DNA from: Amphiscolops sp. MND2022
Lineage: Eukaryota
Direction: 5' to 3'
Assembly: GCA_964187785.1 (NCBI GenBank)
Contig: OZ076409.1
Location: 78,184,001 to 78,248,000 of the forward strand
DNA: 64,000 nt
The translations under genes were made by a program, and so were the position numbers. The notes under the pieces were generated by a model. That model was not told the DNA's origin and did no database searches. It saw only the letters and a program-made list of their open reading frames with translations. Below, one piece after another: positions 35,811-47,519 of this stretch (its first letter is position 1; every line of letters starts with the position of its first letter).

Positions 35811-37159
35811 CTCAGGTTGTCACGCCATGGCCCGTCATCCATGATTCATGGCTCGCCATGGCATGGCCCATGACATGGACAATGTATGGAAATCCATGAA
35901 TCATGGATGGAATTCCATGTGCCATGGCTGAAAAACTTTGAAACGGGCCGTTCCGATAGCCAAAACTGCCTTCAAAAAAGGATATGGTCCTATTTTTGAC
36001 CACTCTCCATTACTTGAGCTGAAACAAAATGAATTTAGAAGCATAATGTCGGATATTCAGTTCAACTGAAAGCAAAGCATTCAGTCAGTGAAAAATGTCC
36101 TTATTCTGGGTTGGAGGCTCTCTGCTAGTGTGGTATATTATAGATATACCACACGTGACAGGACTCACGACGAGAACGTGGCCTCCGAAAAGTCCCAAAA
36201 AATTAACATCTCAATTGATCTGAAAAAACATGAATTCAACAAAACTACAGTACGATTCATAGGTATTAGATCATATAATTGTAGAATTCAGGTCGAAATC
36301 GGTCAAGGCATTGATCTAGATAAAAACTAGAATATTTCTACATCTTCTGTAAATTTGATCTGAAAAGACGCGTTTTTCCGCAATTCCGTCGAAAACCATC
36401 AAAAGCCCACCCAATGCTTACTAAAATCTTACCTATCTCGCGGCTTCAGGATACGCGGTGCTTAAAAGCGTCCTCAATGCTACCCGGGCCATTAAGGTAA
36501 CCCTCAGAACAGAGATTTGACGGTAATCGCTAATAGCGCCGCTTTAGCGTTAGCGATGGATTACATTAGCGGAAATAAGTTAGCGTAATACATATGTTTT
36601 AGCGACCGCTTAGCGATGGAGTTTTCCTATCGGTCACTTTTCTAAAACAAAGCTCTATTTTACATCAAACATTACATATATATTATAATTTTCTCTACAT
36701 TCCTGATTCCTCACAAGAACTGTTATATAACTCCAAAACGATCTCGACTTTTTAGTGAAATGTTATCAAAATTGCTCATTATTAAATATGTGAATTAAAC
36801 TTTTCACTATGGATTAAATTAGCGTTAGCGATTAGCGACTGTCAATTAGCGAAGGTTAGCGATTAGCGATGTGTAATCAGCGTTAGTTAACGATTAGCGA
36901 AAAAAATAGCGAGTCAAATCTCTGGCTCAGAATAAATAGAAAGAACAAGAGACAAAAACTGACACGGTAGGAGAAATTTTTCGCCTTTGAACGAAATTTC
37001 AACATGGATCAATCATGGGTCAAAATCATGGATGATGATCCATGGGGCCATGCCCTGCCATGGGCCATCCATGATTTTCCATGAAAGTAGAAGTAATGCG
37101 TCGAAAAATCCATGATCATGGATGATTTTCCATGAACGATCCATGACAGACAACCTGGG
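35811..37159. mobile_element. Non-autonomous DNA transposon with TA TSD and CCATG-rich subterminal repeats
   Basis: ta|ctcaggttgtc ... gacaacctggg|ta; removing it restores gagccttagatatgg as seen at 49770. Confidence 0.8.
36510..36924. mobile_element. hAT-type MITE (TTAGCG repeats)
   Basis: 12-bp TIR cagagatttgac; 8-bp TSD CCTCAGAA/GCTCAGAA. Confidence 0.8.
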
Positions 37160-39096
37160 TAGATATGGCGGCGTCTTATGCCGTTCCCGGCTTATTTGAA
37201 ACTGAATAATAGGCAGCACGTTACATTTTGGTCTAAATTCTTGTAAAGTAATGTAAATCTGTCCAAACCATGCCACCGTTTGACTTCAATAAGATTCCTC
37301 GGCTATTTTTACACAGTTGAAACCATCGCTTCATTTGGCACTGAAACACCGTTACATAGTCCACTTTAAAATGACATGTAGCAATTTGATTAAATCTCGC
37401 AATGCTCTTAGCTAGATTTGTTTGTTTGCGACAGCGGTTGTTTTGCCCGGTCAATTATTGAATGTTGTTAAACCTCCCGTTGCTTCGCGAGTGGGTTGCT
37501 TCGACTCAGTTTCGGTCATGACCTGCTGAGAGAATAACAATGCTATATCTCAAGTCAACTAACACGTTAAGTAATTATAACTTGAAGGTCAGCTCAACCA
37601 ACCGAGCTATTCCAGTCATGTCGTTGAATTAAGAGCTTAGTTGTTATCTGATCTATATATGACTTTAATAGGACCTACTTATCACATGGTTGTCTGGGGG
37701 TACTTATTAATTCTTGCAGACAACATACCGTTATGATAGAAAGCTTCATGCTCATTCACCTTAAAACAGACTAATTTAACGTGTTCCAAAATTTCGCACT
37801 CGAAAAGACTTTTCTGGCTTCTTAATAATATAGCTATCGCGTTTTTAGTAATTACGAAATTCTTCAAGAAGTACCGCACTATATGAACTACTTCTCATCT
37901 AGTATGATAGGTAACACACTTCATGATATTGGCTAGGAGCTCATATTTCGTAACAAAATATGAAAGATGCCGAAACTCATTTTCTCAAAGTGACTTAACT
38001 GCTCAAAGCATGTTAACTGCTCAAAGCATTCTGTTCTACATATATTTCGATTTGCGGCGTTTACGCCGTAGTCACGAAAATTGAAAATCATGCTGATTCT
38101 GTGATTTTCAATGCTACCGTTTTTGATATTTCTGTGTAAGCTGGAATGTTAATGAAACGCGATTTTTTTCGGACCAGATTATTTTTTACGAAATGAACAT
38201 TTTGTTCACTTATCTAACTTTTAGCAGCTAGAAGAGACTTTTATTGACATGAAACTAACGAGTATACATTAATTATTCGTTGGTTGAGAGCTTCCCCTGT
38301 ATTCAAATAAGAATGGAATGTAAATGATCATTAGCATTTCTTACAGGGCTTATAGTCCGCGTTCTAGTCAAAATTACTTGGTTTTCACTGTCGCAAAATT
38401 CATAAATTGAAATTCATTTAATGAATCTTTGAATTAGAATTTTTGACTTCCCTATTTTTTTGGAATTGATTACATCCCGAAAACTGACGTCGAAATGACA
38501 GGTGAAGTTGTTGAAACTTATTTGAAATTTTCTGCTGTTGCAGAGATGTTAGTGAGCCCCGACGAGGTGATTTTATATTTCTTATATCGGGAGCCGTGCA
38601 TTTGGATGACCGCTCGGTAAGACGACTGTGCAATTGATTGATTTTGCATGTATTCCTATTTCAGTTCCTCAACTGCTAATTACGTAATCGAATTGTTTCA
38701 CCGAATCTGATTCAACCAATGATAATTTAGAAATATCTAATAATCTTCCAATTGATCAGTCGGGTAGTTGAGTTGTCGTCCAATTGAGCTAGATTCATTG
38801 ATTTCTTTGCATGTTATATAGCTTAGACCAAAAAGTGGCAGTTGTCGTTGAAATTGTCTCTTCGAAACACGTTAATAACTTTCAGGCAATTGATTTTACA
38901 GTTTCGGTCAAAAGACAAATTTGAAAGGTCAGACAATGACCTGCCCGAAGATGAAATTTTGAATCAATTGCTACCTGTCAATTGAATTAATTATCAACTC
39001 AAAACACTCCAACCATTTACGAAAATGAGTTTTCAAGCGAGATCGACTTGAAACTTCCCCCGGAAAGTAACCAAAGAACGAGAAAAAATCTTTCTT

Positions 39097-39860
39097 TTGT
39101 CAGACATGCCCAAACGAACATTTGAGAGGTGTTTTGGAATTTTGAAAAGTGGTGGATCGCTATCTAGGAAGAAAGTGCCAGACTGTGTAAATTTTCAGGT
39201 TCAGACCGCCGACGATTGGCCGGCACAGCTCTTGAGAAGTCAAACTGCGCATCGGTTTCAAGAGAAAACGCCGTCTGATGAGCAAGAGTTCAGCTTACCG
39301 AAACCTTCTTCAATCAAGAATAAGGACGCTTTTGCCGAAAATACCACTTTTGACACCCGCGCACCTCAAAATGACAATTTCGTTTGCCAGATATTGGAAA
39401 TCTTACGGATTCAAGGATGTTTTTCTGACCGACGAGTCATTGTTTCAACTGTACCGAAACACTGTCAGAGTTTGGAGCTCTCGACGTGGAAGGGTACCAT
39501 GTACCGTGGAAACGCCGTGAAACCAACACCAAAATTTGGACTCAAAATCATGGTTTGGGGCGCTCTATCTTTCCGCGGTTTTTACCTCGAGATTAGTGAT
39601 GGACCAGGCTTGAAAGTATTGCACCATGGTCGAGTTTTTAACGTATGCAAACTGTCTATCGCTGTTGGATATTAGAGCAGGACGGGGCAACACCCCACAC
39701 TTCCAAGAAGTGGGTACCACACAACTCAAACTTGTTGAACAAGGCGAGACCGTCCAAAATTGGCGCCCCGGTTACGGCGCGAAAAGTCTTTTAATAATGT
39801 GCTCAGGGATGGCTCGGAAAAATTTTCTGGAACAACTCATACTGCGGAAATGATATGAAT
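39097..39860 (+). pseudogene. Tc1/mariner transposase remnant
   Basis: PLLTPAH, VFLTDESLFQL and IMVWGALSFRG motifs in shifted frames. Confidence 0.75.
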
Positions 39861-40765
39861 GGCCCTTCACTCTCGAAAATCTGTCTTACTTAGTGCTGTG
39901 AGAAAAAGTAACAAAGTCCATCACACCCTATGTGGACCATTTAGGCTCGAAAAATGGTTTTTACTAATTTAAAACATCAAAATTCAAGGAGAATTTTTTT
40001 ATAAATTAAAAAAATCGCACAGCTGTGCTAGCAGCTTGTTAAAACAATCGAACGAGACTACATCACGGTAATGTTTCAACTTTGTGTTCCGTAACGTTTT
40101 TTTTCGCCAATTTAGTTATTTTTCGACGCTGTAAGACATTTCTGTCAATTTCTAAGTTGTATATCGAAACGATGTAGCTTCGAAAATCTCTCAGGTTATT
40201 ACTAAAGTATTGGCTTTCTTAAAAAGTTGACACTTGAACAGATCCTTGATGCACCGCGGTTTAATCTCTCATTTGTTGAAAATGTATGAAAATCAGACAC
40301 GGAAATTACCTATTAAGTTTCGAAAAAAAACTTATTTAATCCGAATAAGTAAGTGAAAAAGGATTGGAGACCCTTCCCGACTAATTGGCCAATATGAAGA
40401 ATTTATGTAATTTTTTGGATTTTGGAATTCGACATTAAAATGGGTAACTCCTACCGGATTGGAAAAAAATTACGACGAAAAGTCTCCATAATAGTTGTGT
40501 TTTATTTTATGAGGCGCCGACTAAAAACCGAACTTGTGTATTTTCAGATATTGATGAACTTCATCAAATTCTCTATTCTAAAAGCAGTTGATCTCTATCA
40601 AACTCTTGCGTCATACACCTGTGATGTAGCTCCTCGTAGCATTGTCAGTGAGAGCAGTTGTTTTTCCCCGAAGCATCAATGCGGGTCATGTATTCCCAGT
40701 GCATGAAACACATCAGATTGTTTACTAGACGTTGCTGTGGACCCAACGGTTATCTCACTATCAAG

Positions 40766-43700
40766 ATGACTGACGCCTCCTCCTTGTTTCCCTCTGACAT
40801 CCTCAACCTCCTCGCCCGATATTCCATGTCTGTTTGGAAAATGTTAGGTGAGAGATCATTGAGGAAAACACGAAAAAAAAGGAAAATTCAATAACTTTGG
40901 TTCCGTAGTTTTGATGTTATTTTTGGAAAAATGGAAGTGTCAACGAAGTTCATGAGAATTAGTTTCAAAATGTCAAAAACCCTGGTTTCAAACATTTTTT
41001 CAACGTTTCTGGCGTGAGTCATCCACGTGAAAAACTTGAACTTTCGCCTCTAAAAACTTTCGTCGGTATGTGAACTTTTTTAAACTTAAGGCTCAACCGT
41101 AGATATCAGGAATCTGGAACTTTTTCCCGTGAAAAATATGTGTTGAGTTTATAAATTAGGTCTCACTGCGATGAGGTCAGTTATCTGGAAAAAAAAATCA
41201 TTAGTCTCATCTAGCCACCTCTGAGAATTTGTTTAAGCTCGACATGGGAAACATTGAATTCCTGATAGGTTACCGTATACAGATTAGTGTCAATGAGAGT
41301 TTAATGTGACTTTCAGCATTGACAAGTTGAACTTAGGCCTTTTCAACAATGGTTGAAACAGAACCGTTTTCTGATGTTTCAGCATATTCAATTCTGCCTT
41401 TGTTGTTGATTTTCTACGAATTCTACGGAGCATATCTCTTCTTCTTTGTCATCGTATCTCTTGCCGGAGTCATTTACTTCGCACAGGATATTCTCCTGTA
41501 CAACAACGACACTCCTGCCAACTCGAGACTCTTCGTGCAGGTTCGTGTATTCATGTCCAATTGTCGCTGAAACATTTTGTGATTTTTTTGTATATCCCAA
41601 GTTTTTGACCAATTTTGTTCAGCGCAAGTAAAGTTGAATGAAAACAGAAACCATTGATTGCGACTGCCTCATTTTAACACACTAATACGTATCTGGGGAA
41701 ACCTTAGAGCTCAAATTTTGTCACTTTTTTTGTCCTCAAAAATTTAGCTATAATAGCGAATGTTGCAAATTGTTAATTTCAAATTATTGGATACTATATT
41801 GTCGCTTGCTTTTATGCTTTGATTCGGTTTTGAATCTCTTCTGAAAAACCCGTATACTTTGTTTTTCAGGGTCTGGAAAGTGTTTCAAAAGTGCCTCCTG
41901 GAGGATTGCAATCAGTGACATTTGTTACAGAAGATCTGGTTGTTCTGCATGGCTATCTCCTCAAAGCAGAGAACAGTATAGTTGCCAAAATCCCTACCGT
42001 AGGTGGGTCATCGTTTGTTAAGGGACTAAATTTCCTACAAACACTGATGTTTCCTCTTTCAATCATGATCTCCGTTCTTTTAGTTTACTTTCATGGCAAT
42101 GCAGGCAACATCGGCCATCGGATCCCGAACGCAGTCGAGATGGTGACTAAACTGGAGTGCAATGTCTTGTTGGTGGAGTACAGAGGATTCGGAAAGAGCA
42201 CAGGAACGCCCTCTGAGAGTGGTCTCTACCTCGATGCCAAAGCCGCCATCAATTTTGTTAGAGGTAGAATTCACTTCACTCCGCTCTCAATTTTTTGCAG
42301 CTGAAATTATAGTTAGATGATTCTCAAAGCTCTGTTTTCTTAGAATGTTAATTTGGCATGCGCGACAAAACAGCCGATTTTAAATGAGACAAAAGAGGCT
42401 GATTTTTGAAACGAGACAGAATGGCCGATTTCAATCATAGGACAAAACCGCTGATTATTATTTTTATTTTTATTATGGATTTACAGGCAAATGATGTAAA
42501 ATATAGACAATACAAAATTAGAGAAACTAAAACCGCAATGACTCATCATCATAGTTCAAGATCAGTAAATCTTAAGGGATCACTCCCCAACTCAAAATCC
42601 CCATGGAATGACGTAGGAATCCTGACCGTCATCAGCATCACTAGCTTAGGGCAACGTGTACTTCTGTACTCGCTTGAGTCCATCGAGGCTGGCAAACCAA
42701 CAAAGTGAACCAGAGCTTGAAATCGGAAGAACCATTGTTTGATTTACATTCTTTTTGCACCCTAGTGTTATACCGCAGTTCCGCCTAATCATCATTAGGA
42801 CTAAGAAGGCCATGTGACATTTCTGAGCAATGTGTTCATGCCTTTTTAAAGAATCTTCCACAATGAGACCAATGAGATCTTCAGGTTTTGCGACGATTTT
42901 CAGCTTTTCGCTGGTAAGGAAATATTTGCGAAACTTTCCCATTGGAAGGTGGGTGTGTTTATCGGCGTTGAAGAACATATTGTTGTCAAAACACCAGAGC
43001 GATATTGTCAATATCCAGCTGCATGACTGATGGTTCGTTCCCTATGTGAACCAATTTTGCATCGCCTGCAAAGAGGAAACAGGCGGTAAACTCACAGCTG
43101 TCTGCAAAGTCGTTGGTTGATTAGCACCAAGAATAATAGAGGCACAAAGAGCGATCCTTGAGGGACATCACTTGTTACCAGACGGGGAGTCGAGAGGGAA
43201 TTACCTACGTTTGTTTTAAATATGCATTCCGATAAATAGGTCTCCAAAAGCCGTAACAGTTTACCACGAACACCCAGTCTGAAGAGTTTGGACAGAAGTA
43301 TAACATGATCTACTTTATTGAGAAGCTGATTGCAATGTACGGAACGTACTTTTGATACTAAGATACACTCCTCTTAATACCATGTGATATAACTTGTCAA
43401 ATTTATGTTCGACTTCGAAACAAGTTACTTCGTAATTTAGATCAAAATTTCAGACCACTCTAAAATGAATATATTAAAAGATATTGGGCTTTGAAAATTT
43501 TTGTTAGTCAAATTGAGTGTCTAGCTTTTTGGTACCCTAGCGTATGTTGCAGAAAATACCGACCTGAATCCCAGCAAGATTATCCTTTTTGGACGGTCGT
43601 TGGGTGGTGCTGTTGCAATTCATTCAGCCTCCATGAAGGGGCTCTCAGACGAGGACAAGGGCTCATTCGACAACATCCCCACCCCTGCAACAGGAGTGGA

Positions 43701-45781
43701 CCCCATGTCTTTCACGACCCCCCATCCTTTGGGTGTGGTGATGCTAATAGTGGAGAACACGTTCACACATATCGCAGACGTGGCTGAAGTCATGTTCCAA
43801 ATTCCTGGATTCAACTATATTCCTCGGTTAGTGATTCATATTTCATTCATTCATAGAAACTATTTTCTTTTATTTGATACTGAGAAACGTTGCTGAATCA
43901 TATAAATTATTCTATAATCATGAAATGATATGAGTTGTATGATTTTTGTTCAAATTGAAAGTGGAAAATGCATCTTCCCGTGCCGTATCAATTAATGTTT
44001 AAATTGATTCTCCGTAAATCATCATACATTTATGAAATTATTATGCAGTTGAATCCGCTCAAGTCGAATCGCTTGGGACCGAATAAAATAATACAAATAA
44101 TGAGCAATACGAATTATTCGGATGGTATTACCTTGTTCGTCACGAAATGGGGGTCTCATACATACGAATTAAACGAAGATCCGAATTAACCGAAGTTGAA
44201 TGTATATATTTACTGTTTCACCCCCAAACTTTAAATTTTTTTCCGATTGAATGATGCTCCAATCAATGTGGATACAAAATACTTCAGTAACCTGGTTGAT
44301 GTTGGTTTTCAGCGTGTTCTACAAGAACAAGTTTGCGAGTTGTGAGAAGATTGGTCAGGTGCACATGCCCTCGCTGTTCATCAGTGGACAAGCAGACCAA
44401 CTTGTGCCACCTCACATGATGGCCTCTCTCTTCAGCAAGTGTCCAGCCAGCAAGAAACGCCTCCTGAAAGTAAGTTACTAAGAGCATGGCTGAACAGAGT
44501 GCTGCTGGTGCAATGTTCTTTCAGCTCCTCAAGCAATACATGTGAACTTTTTGTGATTCAAAGTGATTCTGTTAAGATCTTGTTTCTGTTTCAAGTGGTT
44601 GACAACTAGCAAAAACTTTTTCAGTTAGTCTAATTCTTACTAATGAAAAAGTTGGTTATAGCGAATCTCGGTTACAGTGCAATAATTACGACGAACCGGC
44701 CGAATGCATTAGAATTGGTTTTTTAACGAATGGACCAAGTTGAAAATTGGTCAATAGTAGTCATCTAACATCAATAATGGCCATCTGGCCGGGCAATGAA
44801 CACTTTCAGCCCATTGCAACTTCGAAACTATTTTATTATTCAATACAGTGAACAAATTCGTTGTTCATATGTAATTTTTGTGACATGTTCGAGTAATCGA
44901 CTGTAATCTATTTTTGGAGTTGGAATATAATTGAAGTGATGATTGCGAATTTCTGAGCTTTTGAGCATCCAATGGGCCAAGGTTGTCATTAATTGTTTAG
45001 TGAGTGTGCAAAGTAGAAAGTTTAGCTTCAAATAATTTTTGCTAGAAAGATCTCATTCAAACATTTACAATTTTCTCGAGAACTTTCGAATGCTTATTGC
45101 TGTTAGCTCTTTTCTGCCCCCCCCCCCACCATCAAAATTTTTTGAGGGAAATTTACAGAAAAATTTCAAACTGGTTGAATTCGAAGTCTTTTTCCCATAA
45201 CAGGAAGTTAACTTCTATTGGAATAATTTCTCGTTTGAACAAAACATTTTTCACACATTTTGACTGTGAGTATGTTGAAAATTAACTTTTTAGTGACTCA
45301 AAACAGGAAACTTGAGTTTTCAACAAAAATGTGTGACTCCATAAGGAAAAAAGCGTGAACAAAGTTTCTATCTGAATTCTAAACTGTCATCCTGAGAATA
45401 AATATAGAAGTAAAGTTTCTGATTTAGTCCCAAGTCTTTATTTTAATATTTTCACAGTATTTTTCAAAAAAATTTTGGTGGTGGGGGGGGTTGGTTGTTG
45501 AAACAGAAAAGAACCTTGCTGTTTTCTAATTTCAGGTTCGAGGCGGCACCCACAATGAAACTTGGATGACAAGTGGCTATTACGAATCGGTGAAAAAGTT
45601 CATAGATGAAGTTTTCGGTGGAGAAAGTGGCTCTGCTGCAACTGTAAACGCAGATCAGCAGAATGCATCAACTGCTTCACATATCATAAACTCGCCCCTT
45701 CGAAGCTTTCCCTCCACTGTGATCAGAAAAGAGGACAAGAGTGGCAACGAACAGAATGAATCCAATGTCAGGCGTGTCTAA
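40766..45781 (+). CDS. ABHD13: Alpha/beta hydrolase domain-containing protein 13; exons 40766-40847, 41383-41540, 41870-42002, 42084-42263, 43553-43826, 44313-44469, 45536-45781 (~409 aa)
   Basis: N-terminal TM segment with QDILLY..SRLFV, then [37 protein letters not shown] (Ser), [24 protein letters not shown] (Asp) and GTHNETW (His). GT-AG introns with consistent phases (1230 nt). The start ATG is uncertain because in-frame ATGs exist upstream. Confidence 0.9.
42480..43330 (-). pseudogene. LINE RT 3' fragment in ABHD13 intron 4
   Basis: Reverse-strand [25 protein letters not shown] motifs. Confidence 0.7.
45105..45515. mobile_element. MITE with 8-bp TSD in the last ABHD13 intron
   Basis: TTGCTGTT on both flanks; ends agctcttttctg / cagaaaagaacc; same family as 61133-61370. 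Confidence 0.75.
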
Positions 45782-47519
45782 CTCTTTCTTTTGTGATGCT
45801 TTGTAAATTGATATTATCAGCACAGTCAATTTTGTGTTACTCACACTATGCTATAGACACAGTGCATCAATATTTTTCTTCGAATTATTTAATTCAAACA
45901 TCAATGGGAACAAGTTTTACGGGGAGAGCCTTGCATGAAATACTTGGGGCATTCAACGATTCCGAGTTCCCGTGTTGGTTTTCTAGCTTTCATTTCAACT
46001 TTTATTGGAGGTATGCATATGCACAAAAGTTTCAGTAACCAATTTTCAACCGAGAACACTGCGAGGCAATTAGAACCACAGATTTTCTAAATACAGGGCG
46101 CTGGTTTCTGTCTGTATTTGTCTAACAGAAGCTTCTTGAATTGAGATGCTCTCCAAAATTTTAGCTGCGCTAGGTAATCTATTGCCTTAAAATTCGATAA
46201 TCTTAAAATTCGATTTGCTTCATTATCAATGTAGGAAAAGACTCAAACGTGTGAACGCATGCTCCCTTAGCAAAAGTCTCGATTCAAAGAAAACTAGGAA
46301 TGATCTTGTTTTTGTTAGTTTTTTCTTGAAATTAAGGTTGAAAATTTGAAACGAAAAACTTTTTAAAGGAGGAGCTCGAAGGTGAGATAAGATATAGTAT
46401 TTCGACTTCCTCATGGGTTACCAACACCAGATACAAACTGCAGTAAAAACGTGAAACAACGAATGAACAATTGTCGATTTTTATTACCGGGTCAAATCAA
46501 AACGCAAAGCGCGTTGACGCTTGTTTCTGCACTTTTTTCGGCAAACAATTCAGATATCAAAAGCTTAATTTTTGGCATTTCCCCAGACGGAGCTACGATA
46601 CAGACCAGCTACACTTCGGGATTCCAGTTGCAAGTGGTTGCGGATGATAGTTTAATGTATATTGTGCTACCCTCCTGTACACAGCAAGCACCACAGAATT
46701 ATTGACTGATCCATTATTGTCCTGTTTTCCCATGCATTGCTATTCAGTTCGTTTCTTTAGTCTACAAGTAGAATATCAATTCACCGATGACTTTTAACAG
46801 AATGAAGAAAATACTATATCAATGATGAAATTTCAAACTTACCACCATTATGGCATTTTTTGTTGAGTAATTCATTTTTTTGAGCCACTTCGAAAGCTTT
46901 TCCATTCTCCCTAATCGCAACTTCTGGTTGGTTTTAAAATGGATCGATAATCGAAAATTTAATTTCCTGTCAAAAATAAATTGGCTTTCAAAATAAAGGT
47001 CACAAATAACTAGCATTCTCACTTCGGTTGATTTTTCAAGTAGTTAGTTCACGTCTGCAGCTAAAATACCGGTAAAACAAGAGGCACAGTAGAACTGCGA
47101 TATTTTTTTATAGTGTTAATCGAAGCCGTTAAAAATCGTGCTGGATATAACTCAAAAATTAGATAGTTTCAAAAATCAGTCTTTTGAAGAAGCACAAAAT
47201 CTTGAGAAAACTCATCAACATGACAGTACCAAAAATAACCGAAGTGAGCCAATTCAAAGAAGTAGGATGCATCTTTAGAAAAAATTCGTTGAAAAGGCGC
47301 AGTGCCAAAAAATCCAAAGGTGGTCATTTAGGTTCACAAAACGCTTGAAAATTTTTGAGACCCCTGCAGCATCGGAACTGATGATACTGCTTGCAATAAT
47401 TTTGGTACGTGATGAAACCTTTTACTGACGAGATCCGCTGAGATTTTCCGTTTCCGCTTAGGACAAGACGTGTTTCGAGCTTAAAGGGTTACCCAATAGA
47501 ATTTTGGCACTGACTTCTT

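Larger units (their letters stand above)
35282..37196 (-). mobile_element. HINE-like element interrupted by a nested TA-TSD element
   Basis: Reverse complement of the 26519-27143 family; its end (gatatggcg..cccggcttatt) resumes at 37162. Confidence 0.65.
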
